This document shows positions 36,053 through 45,381 of a stretch of 45,381 nt of DNA, in pieces. Made by a program: the position numbers and the translations under genes. The DNA is taken from assembly GCF_006345805.1 (NCBI RefSeq), contig NW_021832848.1:1-45381 (forward strand), written 5' to 3'. Origin of the DNA: Octopus sinensis (Eukaryota). The stretch's first letter is position 1. Each line of letters begins with the position of its first letter. A model generated the notes under the pieces. It saw only the letters and a list, made by a program, of their open reading frames with translations, was not told where the DNA came from and did no database searches.

Positions 36053-36450
36053 TCTTTATATATAAAAGTGAAGTTGTGTGTCTGTCTCCTACGATTTAGA
36101 TTCCTAACTACTCCCACATTTTGCGGTGCAGTTTAACCAAATCCGGGTATCTTATAGTCATGATTCATATCGAGCCCTTCTTGGTATTAGTGCGCATCTA
36201 CGATGAGTCTACGATTTAAAAAAAAATTTACCATCATTTTTTCCATTTTAATGCATTTTTTCGCTATTATATAAGGGAAATAACTCTCTAAAAATGTCTA
36301 CGATGAGTCAATGATTTTTTAAAAAATTTACCATCATTTTTTTTTCCATTTTTAATGCATTTTTTTGATATTTTTTGGCTATAACTCTCTAAAAATGCTT
36401 ATATAGTTATTTCCCTTACAAACCCGAGCAACGCCGGGCGAAACTGCTAG
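36053..36450 (+). mobile_element. Non-autonomous Helitron (~398 bp), subfamily 2
   Basis: A|TCTTTATATATAAAAG ... CCCGAGCAACGCCGGGCGAAACTGCTAG|T. Confidence 0.9.
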
Positions 36451-36460
36451 TATATATATA

Positions 36461-36700
36461 TCTCTTATTATAAAGGCAGATTTTATCTGCCTCCCTTTGG
36501 GAGTTATACAAATCTACAATATAGGATTTCTTCAATTACAATTTACCTTGCATTTTTAAGAGTACAATGCATCGCGTCATGCCAGGTCCAGTTTTTAAAA
36601 TTTAACTCCAGTTAAGCAAAATTTACAGAAAACTCACATTCTGGTGTGTGTTGTCAAATGCTTTTCTTAGTCTGGTTTACAGCACACCACGCAACACACA
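36461..36700 (+). mobile_element. Possible 5' part of a second Helitron-like family
   Basis: Starts A|TCTCTTATTATAAAG with a GGCAGAT-TTT-ATCTGCC hairpin. No 3' CTAG terminus found; the end coordinate is approximate. Confidence 0.35.
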
Positions 36701-36960
36701 CACAGTGGGCAACGAATAAAATGAAAGTAATTGACTTACTGTAGTGTGATTCTTTCACTCTGCCTCCCACTTCCCTTTCCCCACACAGACACGCAAATAT
36801 ATAAATAAAATTGTAAGCTAACGTGCGTGTGTGTGAGTGGGTGTGTGTGGGTGTGTGCGCGTGTGTGTGTGTGTGAGGGTGCGTGGTTGCGTGTGCCGTG
36901 AGTGTGTGACAGGAAAGTTTTTTACGACGAATATAACACCTATATCCAAGTAGCAGAAAG

Positions 36961-37433
36961 ATAAGACAGTAAGGTGTGATTTGAGGGAGATTTGGCTGCT
37001 ATTCTACCCATTTCTAGCTGCCATGTAGGGGTCTCCCTCATAGGCTCATACATACATATATACATAGATAAGACAGTAAGGTGTGATTGGGGGAAATTTG
37101 GCTGCTTTTCTACCAGGTCTAGCTGCCATGTAGGGGTCTCCCTCATAGGCTCATACATACATATATACATAGATAAGACAGTAAGGTGTGATTGGGGGAA
37201 ATTTGGCTGCTATTTCTACCAGGTCTAGCTGCCATGTAGGGGTCTCCCTCATAGGCTCATACATACATATATACATAGATAAGACAGTAAGGTGTGATTG
37301 GGGGAAATTTGGCTGCTATTTCTACCAGGTCTAGCTACCATGTAGAGGTCCCCCTCATTGGCTCATATATATATACATACATAAGACAGTAAGGTGTGAT
37401 TTGAGGGAGATTGGCTGCTGTTCTCTACCAGGT
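36961..37433 (+). repeat. Tandem repeat of ~105 bp, 4.5 copies
   Basis: ATAAGACAGTAAGGTGTGATT starts at 36961, 37068, 37173, 37279 and 37381. Confidence 0.93.
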
Positions 37434-37499
37434 CTGTTAGGCCTTCTCATGTAAACTCAAGCTTTCTCATGCCTTCAACATATGACCAAAGCAGAGAAT

Positions 37500-37790
37500 G
37501 TATTCTTTTATTCATCTGCTTTTTCCAGCCATTGGTCTGTGGCCATGCTGGGGCAATGCCTTGAAGAATTGTAGTTTAATGAATCAACTCCAGTTTTATT
37601 TTGTAAGCATTGTACTTATTCTATCTGTTTCCTTTGTCAAACCACTAGGTGACAGGGATGTAAACAAACCAACATTCGTTGTCAAGCAGTGGTGGAGGAC
37701 AATCACAAGCACAGACACGCACACAACACACATACATGCATACACATATACACACATACATACATACATACATATATATATATGTGTGTA
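37500..37790 (-). mobile_element. Degenerate 3' half of a family-A SINE
   Basis: TGTGGCCATGCTGGGGCA...GTACTTATTCTATC...GTCAAGCAGTGGTGGAGGACAA. Confidence 0.7.
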
Positions 37791-37798
37791 TATATATA

Positions 37799-38064
37799 TT
37801 GCAGCGTGGAAGGTGTTTGTAAGCCATTTAAGAAACACACAAAAACCGTTACATTCACTTCAACATTTAAATTTAATTTGCCAAAATATTTTCGTCGCTT
37901 TCAGACGAAAATATCGTGCTATGTTCACTGACAAAAATATCGTGCTAACAGGTCGCGGTCTCAAAGCGACGAAAATATTTTGAAATTAATTTAAATGTTG
38001 AAGTGAATCTAACGGTTTTTGTGTGGTTTCTTAAATGGCTTTATAAACACCTTCAACGCTGCAA
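37799..38064. repeat. Foldback with ~105-bp inverted arms, probably an inverted duplication of a Penelope-like terminal repeat
   Basis: TTGCAGCGTGGAAGGTGTTTG...TTTTCGTCGCTTT versus AAAGCGACGAAAA...AAACACCTTCAACGCTGCAA. Confidence 0.88.
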
Positions 38065-38219
38065 CGTTTTTCGTTCCAGCACCGATCTCAGATCAAGTCA
38101 CTTGCTATGCAAGTACATCTCTGTAACTATATATATATTATATATATATATATATGTATATGGTAAAAACAGTAAGATAACAAAAGAAAGAAAGAGACCT
38201 CATATTATGTAATACGAAA

Positions 38220-38609
38220 TCTTTATATATAAAAGTGAGGTTGTGTGTCTGTCTCCTACGATTTAGATTCCTAACTACTCCCACTTTTGTGGTGCAGTTT
38301 AACCAAAACCGGGTATCTTATAGTCGTGATTCATATCGAGACCGTCTGGGTATTAGCGCGCGTCTACGATGAGTCTACGTTTAAAAAAAAATTTACCATC
38401 AATTTTTCCCATTTTTAATCCATTTTTGACATATATAAGGGAAGTAACTCTCTAAAATTTATTTTAATCTCAGAACGTAAAAAGCTACAGTAACACCCCT
38501 CCCCTTTGTGGTTAGCCATATTGAGATGGCTATTATACTTTACATCTCTAAAAATGCTTATATAATTATTTCCCTTACAAACCCGAGCAACGCCGGGCGA
38601 TACTGCTAG
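38220..38609 (+). mobile_element. Non-autonomous Helitron (~390 bp), subfamily 1
   Basis: A|TCTTTATATATAAAAG ... CCCGAGCAACGCCGGGCGATACTGCTAG|T. Confidence 0.9.
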
Positions 38610-38622
38610 TATATATATATAT

Positions 38623-38961
38623 GAAGGTGCATGGCTCAGTGGTTAGAGCGTCAAGCTTACAATCGTGAGGTTGTGAGTTCAAATCCTGGACCTGGCTGGG
38701 TGTTGCATTCTTGAGCAAGGCACTCTATATCACGTAGCTTCAGTTCACTCAGCTGTAGAAATGAGTTGCGACGTCACAGGAGCGAAGCTGTATCGGCTCC
38801 TTTGCCTTTCCCTTGGATAACATCAGTGGCGTGGAGAGGGGTGGCCCGTATGCATGGGCGAACTGCTGGTCTTCCATAAACGACCTTGCCCGGACTTGTG
38901 CCTGAAAGGGTAACTTTCAAGGTGCAGTCCCATGGTCAGTGTCATGACCGAAGGAGGTCTC
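38623..38961 (+). mobile_element. tRNA-derived SINE, family C
   Basis: A box TGGCTCAGTGG and B box GAGTTCAAATCC followed by a ~250-bp non-tRNA body. Confidence 0.8.
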
Positions 38962-38970
38962 AGCATATAC

Positions 38971-39049
<79 letters not shown>

Positions 39050-39062
39050 TATATATATATAC

Positions 39063-39123
<61 letters not shown>

Positions 39124-39309
39124 CTATATCATCTATATATATATATATAAAGATATACGAGGTCTGATCAATAAGTATATATGTATATATATGTGTGTAT
39201 ATATATATGTATATATATTATATATATATATATAAAGAGATATAGATATATATATATCCATACATATACATACATATATATATATAAATACAGATACGTG
39301 TTTGGATAT

Positions 39310-39715
39310 CCACTCTTCCTAGATGTGTGCATATCCCATCTATTCCCAGAAGGTTCGTATGGATAGAATCCTGAGACACCTCCTCCCTAGGGTCCTGTCA
39401 GAAGCAACCATCATTAGATTTTCCACCCACATTCCCAGTCAAGACCAACTGTCGCGACAGATATTATTCAATCATTTCATTCTTGGTCTACTCCTAGGTC
39501 TCTTACCGGTTAGTTTGGCTTGAAGAATCTGTCTTGCTATTCTTTCCTGTGACATTCTAATCACATGTCTGCAGTGCTGGAGCTGTGACTCCTCAATGCA
39601 GAGAGGCTCCCTGATTTCCAAGCTATGCACCTTGTTGAGTAACATTACTCCAGAGATCCTCTGTACTGGAAGTCTTTCACTTCTAACCTCTAGTAGAAGT
39701 CTTTCTCTTAGCACC
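39310..39715 (-). mobile_element. 3' fragment of a third RTE-like LINE family
   Basis: QRISGVMLLNKVHSLEIRE...HVIRMSQERIARQILQAKLTGKRPRSRPR resembles the RTE C-terminal LRWxGHVxRM...GxRPRGRP region. Confidence 0.75.
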
Positions 39716-39825
39716 CCTAATGGTTATCTATATGAAACGCTCACTCCCACTTCCAGCCCTATCTTGTAACTATCTCCTGGTAAACGTAGTGTATGTGAAG
39801 CAAGCAAAATGATGGTGTAGTGTAT

Positions 39826-40940
39826 GCTGGCAGAACCGTTAGCACGCCGGGCGAAATGCTTAGCGGTATTTCGTCTGCCGTTACGTTCTGAGTTCAAATT
39901 CCGCCGAGGTTGACTTTGCCCTTCATCCTTTCGGGGTCGATAAAATAAGTACCTGTTACGCACTGGGGACAACATAATTGACTTAATCCGTTTGTCTTTC
40001 CTTGTTTGTCCCCTCTGTGTTTAGCCCCTTGTGGGTAGTAAATAAATAGGTATTTCGTTTGCCATTACGTTCTGAGCTCAAATTCTGCCGAGGTCGACTT
40101 TGCCCTTCATCCTTTCGGGGTCGATAAATTAAGTACCTGTTACGCACTGGGGCGACATAATCGACTTAATCCCTTTGTCTTTCCTTGTTTGTCCCCTCTA
40201 TGTTTAGCCCCTTGTGGGTAGTAAAGAAATAGGTATTCCATCTGCCATTATGTTCTGAGTTCAAATTCCGCCGAGGTCGACTTTGCCTTTCATCCTTTCA
40301 AGGTCAATAAATTAAGTACCAGTTACGCACTGGGGTCGATATAATCAACTTAATCCGTTTGTCCTCTCTGTGTTTAACCCCTTGTGGGTAGTAGAGAAAT
40401 AGGTATCTTGTCTGCCGTTACGTTCTGAGTTGAAATTCCGCCGAGGTCGACTTTGCCTTTCATCCTTTCGGGGTCGATAAATTAAGTACCAGTTACGCAT
40501 TGGGGGTCAATGTAATCGACTTAATCCGTTTGTCTGTCCTTGTTTGTCTTCTCTATGTTTAGCCCCTTGTGGGTAGTAAAGAAATAGGTATTCATCTGCC
40601 ATTATGTTCTGAGTTCAAATTCCGCCGAGGTCGACTTTGCCTTTCATCCTTTCAAGGTCAATAAATTAAGTACCAGTTACGCACTGGGGTCGATATAATC
40701 AACTTAATCCGTTTGTCCTCTCTGTGTTTAGCCCCTTGTGGGTAGTAGAGAAATAGGTATCTTGTCTGCCGTTACGTTCTGAGTTGAAATTCCGCCGAGG
40801 TCGACTTTGCCTTTCATCCTTTCGGGGTCGATAAATTAAGTACCAGTTACGCATTGGGGGTCAATGTAATCGACTTAATCCGTTTGTCTGTCCTTGTTTG
40901 TCCCCTCTGTGTGTAGCTCCTTGTTGGCAGTAAAGAAATA
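39826..40940 (+). repeat. Tandem array of six family-B SINE units (one with head, five 5'-truncated)
   Basis: GGTAT unit starts at 39865, 40049, 40232, 40402, 40587 and 40756. Each unit keeps the B box and central domain. Confidence 0.93.
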
Positions 40941-40949
40941 TGAAACCTA

Positions 40950-41484
40950 CTTGTACCTGTACGATGTCTGCCAAACGTACGTGCGAGCTTTCTTTACAGA
41001 CGCAAAATGCTGTCCCTCATCCCTATGTCTCCCTGGCCCACATCTTCCACATCCTCAGAATTGGCACACTTAATGCGGACACATTGAAAGGTAAGTCTGA
41101 TGAGATTGTCCAGATGCTTGAATTGAGGCATGCAGATTTGTGTTGCTTCCAAGAAGTAAGGTAGAGAAGAGGTTCTGCTAGGTTCCTCACAGGCAAAGAG
41201 TATAGGTATAAGATTTTCTGGGTAGGGAACAGTGATGGTGTTGTGGGCATGGGTATATGCTTTGCTGAGAAATGGGTCAATAAGGAAATCAAGGGACAAA
41301 GAGAATGCCAAATGTTAATCCAAATGAGGGACCAGCTATCCGAATCAACAGTACCTTGGTAGATAAAGCAATTAAGGATATGAAGACAGGGAAAGCCCCT
41401 GGCCCATCAGGGACCCCTGCTAAGATGTTTAAAATATCTGGCAGTGTAGGTTATGGTCTAGCCACCCATATAGTTAACCAGGTG
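40950..41484 (+). mobile_element. 5' fragment of the second RTE family with a large internal deletion
   Basis: AP-endonuclease start (LRIGTLNADTLKGK..DLCCFQEVR) joined to pre-RT MKTGKAPGPSG..KISGSVGYGLATHIVNQV, matching 21744 onward. Confidence 0.85.
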
Positions 41485-41996
41485 GGAAGATTCCCCTGGT
41501 TCAATAAAAGAAAGAGAACAACTGATTAGTTTGGAATGAAAATGTGTTATTATCATAGGCTAAAGGGACCTGTCCCCTTTGTCTCTGACATGGTAAGTAA
41601 CCCCTCAAAATTGTTAGTCTTTCTTTGGTGCTGATAGCGTCACTATTTTCTCATTTGTGAGGTGGAGTCTCAATTTTGCGATGTCCTCATCTGCAAAAGA
41701 AAAGTTAAAGGATATAGATTTAGACTTTATGGACAAAAAAAATATATTTTTATTCTTTGTAAGCTTAGTAATTATTCTATCGGTCTTTTTTGCTGGACTG
41801 CTAAGTTATGGGGACATAAACACACCAACATTTGTTGTCATGTGATAGTGATGGGAAACAAACTCACACAAACACACACCCACACATACATATATATATA
41901 TATATAAAGAGAGTTTATGAAAAATACAAAAGACGAAGACAGGTGGTGTACAAAACAAACAGATGTATTAGTAAAACGCTCAGGAATAGAAAAAGT

Positions 41997-42032
41997 CTTT
42001 TATGTTTCGAGCCTATGCTCTTCTACAGAAAG
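41997..42032 (-). ncRNA. Hammerhead-like motif with non-canonical core
   Basis: Minus strand CUUU-CUGUAGA-A-GAGC(AUAG)GCUC-GAAA-CAU-A-AAAG: stems I and II intact, A6 changed to U, stem III ACAU. Confidence 0.45.
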
Positions 42033-42163
42033 GGACACAGAAAAAACAAGGAGAGAAAAAAATGTGTGTAGTGGCTAGTGATTTAGAAGTTAAGGAACCA
42101 ACTAAGGGATAGTACGTATCCAATATATATATATATACATACACACATATATATGTATGTATG

Positions 42164-42254
<91 letters not shown>

Positions 42255-42256
<2 letters not shown>

Positions 42257-42557
42257 GAGGCACAATGGCCCAGTGGTCAGGGCGGCGGACTCGCGGTCGT
42301 AGGATTGCGGTTTCGATTCCCAGACCGGGCGTTGTGAGTGTTTATTGAGCGAAAACACCTAAAACTCCACAAGTCTCCGGCAGGGCAGGGGGTGATCCCT
42401 GCTGTACTCTTTTGCCACAACTTTCTGTCACTCTTTCTTCTGTTGGCCTGCTTGCTTAGCCAGTGGAGTGGCGTCATTTGGAGGCTAAAAACAATGCAAA
42501 GTGCATTGTGACCAGCGATGTTCAGCAACATCTGATAGCCTGGTCGGTCACAGTGAG
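42255..42557 (+). mobile_element. tRNA-derived SINE, family D
   Basis: TGGCCCAGTGG A box, GGTTTCGATTCCC B box; head shared with 44641. Confidence 0.8.
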
Positions 42558-42589
42558 ATATATATATATATATATATATACGACGGGTT

Positions 42590-42725
42590 TCTTTCAATTT
42601 CTGTCTACCAAATCCACTCAATGTAGGAAATCAATGTAGGAAACATTTTCCCTAGTGGGACTGAACCAAGAACCACATGGTTGGGAAGCAAGCGTCTTAC
42701 CACACAGCCATTCCTGCACCCTGTA
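42590..42725 (-). mobile_element. Family-A SINE head fragment
   Basis: CTACCAAATCCACTCA...AACCACATGGTTGGGAAGCAAGCGTCTTACCACACAGCCATTCCTGCACC. Confidence 0.75.
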
Positions 42726-42783
42726 CATAGCATACATAATCCACCAACAGCAACAACTGAAGACCACATAGAATAATACCTAC

Positions 42784-42921
42784 TGGTTGTTGGACACAGC
42801 ACTTTGGTGCACGAAACTCTGTTCTTGGTGTCACAGAAGCAAGTGTTGCATCTGTCCTTGAAGCTGGCTCCAACTTTGTACACCTGTTCCTTGTATACAC
42901 ACACTTCTTCTGTTCCTTTGT
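42784..42921 (-). CDS. Internal coding exon (138 bp, phase 1-1) encoding a 6-Cys pacifastin/VWC-like module
   Basis: Acceptor TTACTCTTTTCTGCACAG|, donor |GTAGGT. Translation (D)KGTEEVCVYKEQVYKVGASFKDRCNTCFCDTKNRVSCTKVLCPTT with C..CNxCxC..CTxxxC pattern. Confidence 0.8.
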
Positions 42922-43104
42922 CTGTGCAGAAAAGAGTAACCAACATATAAAGAAGTTAAGACGACGAATAGAAATTCAAATGTAATCAAATGTTTTAAAA
43001 GAAATTCAAAGTGCCTACGTGATAACTGTAAACCTACTTTTGGGTCACCCTGTACACATTCTTGCAATTTCATCCTTTTGTAGTCTGTATGTTTACTACT
43101 ACTA

Positions 43105-43187
43105 CTACTACTATTATCATTATCATCATTATTATTGCTATTATTATCATTATTATTATTATTAATATTATTATTATTATTATTATT
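43105..43187. repeat. (ATT/ATC)n microsatellite at the 3' flank of the Dong-like element; matching tract at 44208-44290
   Basis: Direct reading. Confidence 0.95.
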
Positions 43188-44207
43188 GTTATGTTTTTTC
43201 CTTCTTTCTTCAAATTTTCTTCCGTTTCTCGCCGAGTGTTTTCCATACACCTCCAGGGCAGAGAAGGGCATTGTATGCATTCCCAGATTACACGCGCAAA
43301 TTCAAAGATAAAATATGTATTTAAAAATTAATAACTAAATAAATTCATGGATGGATGTTGTTTTCACAGCGATAATGCTCTTCTCAGTACATGAGCTGTT
43401 CCAGTTAATATATGATTTTTGCACTTCCAGTAGGGATGGTAAGCCTGGAATCATTTTCAAATAGGTTTCAGTACCGTTTTTTATTATTCCCAGAGATCCT
43501 ACAATCACTGGTACTGTAGTCGCCTTGAGATGCCACATTTTTTCAATTTCCATTAGCAGGTCTTTATATTGACTAATCTTGTCAAATTCTTTCGCCGCTA
43601 TATTGTGATCACAGGGAATACTCATGTCAATTAATAAACACATCTTTTTTGTCTGATCTTTTATAATAATATCCGGTTTATTAGCTTTTATAATCTTGTC
43701 GGTCTGTACGGGGAAGACCCATAAAATCGACACATTTTCTCCCTCAGTCACAGCTTCAGGATGATGTTTATACCATTTGTCAGCGGTTTTGATTTTATAA
43801 TACCGACATATTGTCCAATGTAAATACTGGCCGACTCTGTCATGTCTTGCCTTATATTCTGCAGGTGCTAAGACTCTACACCCTGAGATTAGGTGGTCTA
43901 TTATTTCAATCTCATCATTACAGAATCGGCATTTTGGGTCAGCTCCATTTTTCATCACATTGGCTTGGTAGTTCCGGGTTAATAAGCTTTGGTCTTGAGC
44001 AGCTAATATGAAACCTTCACTCTCTGCTTTTAGCCCTGAACTTCGTAACCATTGGTGCATGTGTTTCTGGTCGACATCAGCTTGTTTGCTACGGGCCACA
44101 TACTTGCCATGGAGAGGCTTCTGTTCCCATCTGCTAGCTAAATTTTCATGTGCTTTTGTCTTTGCAATTAATTTATTTTCTTTGCAGCTGCAGTTGGCGC
44201 ATTTCCT
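43188..44207 (-). mobile_element. 5'-truncated R4/Dong-clade non-LTR retrotransposon (restriction-like endonuclease domain)
   Basis: WEQKPLHGKY; CRFC..HLISGC zinc knuckle; RHD; KPDIIIKDQ..LLIDMSIP (PD..D). Terminal frameshift before the expected ILTGTAHVLRKALSL. (TAA)n on both sides. Confidence 0.9.
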
Positions 44208-44640
44208 TTATTATTATTATTATTATTATTATCATTATTATTATTATTATTATTATTATCATTATTATTATCATCATTATTATTACTGTTTCTAATATTA
44301 TTATCATTAGTTGCAGCTATGTACTTAGGAAGTTCGTTTTGCAATGATATTGTTTTGAGAAAATAATAAATTAATACAAAAATCCAGGTGTGATATGAAC
44401 ACTGGATGTAAAGAGTTGTCTCTTAATAACATCACCACTACCACCACCACCATCCACATCATGACCATCACCACCACTGCCACCACCACAACCACTATAA
44501 TCACCACCACCATCACCATCATAACCATCGTCACCATCAACATCACTACTGCCACCATCAGCAACATCACCTAAAACTCCATGAGGCTCCAGCAGGGGGT
44601 GGTGGTGACCCCTGTTGTACTCTTTCGCTCCAACATCAAG

Positions 44641-44990
44641 TGGAGGCGCAATGGTCCAATGGTTAGGGCAGCGGACTCACAGTCAGAGGATCACAGTTTC
44701 GATTCCCAGACCGGGCGTTGTGTGTGTTTATTGATGAAAACACCTAAAGCTCCACGAGGCTCCAGCAGGGGAGGGTGGCGACCCCTGTTGTACTCTTTCA
44801 CCCCAACTTTCTCTCACTCTTTCTTCCTGTTTCTTGTCCCCGACTTCCTACACAACCGCTGAGCCTGGATGCGCATTCATCTATCCATCGATGCTCTCTG
44901 TGTCGGGGGTTGACCTGCTTGCTCTTCTGCGGGTCTTACGAATAGCAAAGGACCCCGTTTCGGACTTCTCCCACTGGGACGAAGACCACT
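44641..44990 (+). mobile_element. tRNA-derived SINE, family D head with a different 3' body; partial duplicate at ~44568-44632
   Basis: TGGTCCAATGG A box, AGTTTCGATTCCC B box, CCAGACCGGGCGTTGTG shared with 42255; diverges after CACTCTTTCTTC. Confidence 0.78.
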
Positions 44991-44997
44991 ACACTCA

Positions 44998-45365
44998 ACA
45001 GCAACAGCAGCAGCAGCAACATCAACACTGACAACCATGGTATCAACACCATCACCAACAACACCACCACCACCATCACCATCATCACTACCACCATCGT
45101 CATCACCACCGGCAACACCACTGCTGCCATCACCACCATCACCATTGAAAGTAGCAACACTACTGCCATCGTTGCCATCCGCACCACCACCACCACCAAC
45201 ACTAACAATAACACAAACAACATCACCATCATCACCATCGCCACCACCACATCCACCACCACCATCACCATCACAGGCATCATTATCAACACCACTAATG
45301 AACATTGCCATCATCACCACCATCACCACCAACAATGCAAATGCTAACAACAACAACAACAAAAC
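44998..45365. repeat. Degenerate (CAC/CAT/CAA)n low-complexity tract; similar tract at ~44420-44570
   Basis: Trinucleotide composition; ORFs are homopolymer-rich translations. Confidence 0.85.
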
Positions 45366-45381
45366 TGCAACAGAAAACAGC

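Noticed and set aside
38623-38710. tRNA genes at SINE heads (also 42255, 44641, 39826)
   Set aside because: A and B boxes are present but there is no complete cloverleaf, and each continues into a repeated SINE body.
44325-45362. Val/Met/Gly/Asp-rich minus-strand ORFs upstream of the cysteine exon
   Set aside because: Translations of (CAC/CAT)n tracts and a SINE; no evidence they belong to the host gene.

Overview
Repeat-dominated, AT-rich animal genomic DNA. The SINE, LINE and Helitron families look like those of a coleoid cephalopod (Octopus-like); this is recognition from memory, not a database result. No complete protein-coding gene is present. Layout: 1-10.3 kb is three abutting tandem arrays (29-bp AT-rich satellite with higher-order structure; 70-bp, ~69% GC repeat whose monomer is a near-perfect hairpin; (TTGGC)n). 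11-14.5 kb holds Tc1/mariner relics, including a DD41D rosa-type element nested in a mariner. 15-24 kb holds two decayed RTE LINEs, one with a ~72-bp target-site duplication. 24-42 kb is a mosaic of tRNA-derived SINEs (single, dimeric, arrayed), four ~395-bp non-autonomous Helitrons, MITE/foldback elements, telomere-like repeats, and a set of minimal type I hammerhead-ribozyme motifs of the Penelope-associated kind, two with apparent compensatory core variants (U3-A8; reconstructed G3-C8). One convincing host exon (42784-42921, minus) encodes a six-cysteine pacifastin/VWC-like module. A Dong/R4-type retroelement fragment sits inside (TAA)n at 43.2-44.2 kb. Most ORF-track entries are translations of repeats. 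The strongest novelty candidates are the hairpin-monomer array and the variant hammerheads. All structures were folded by eye and are untested.
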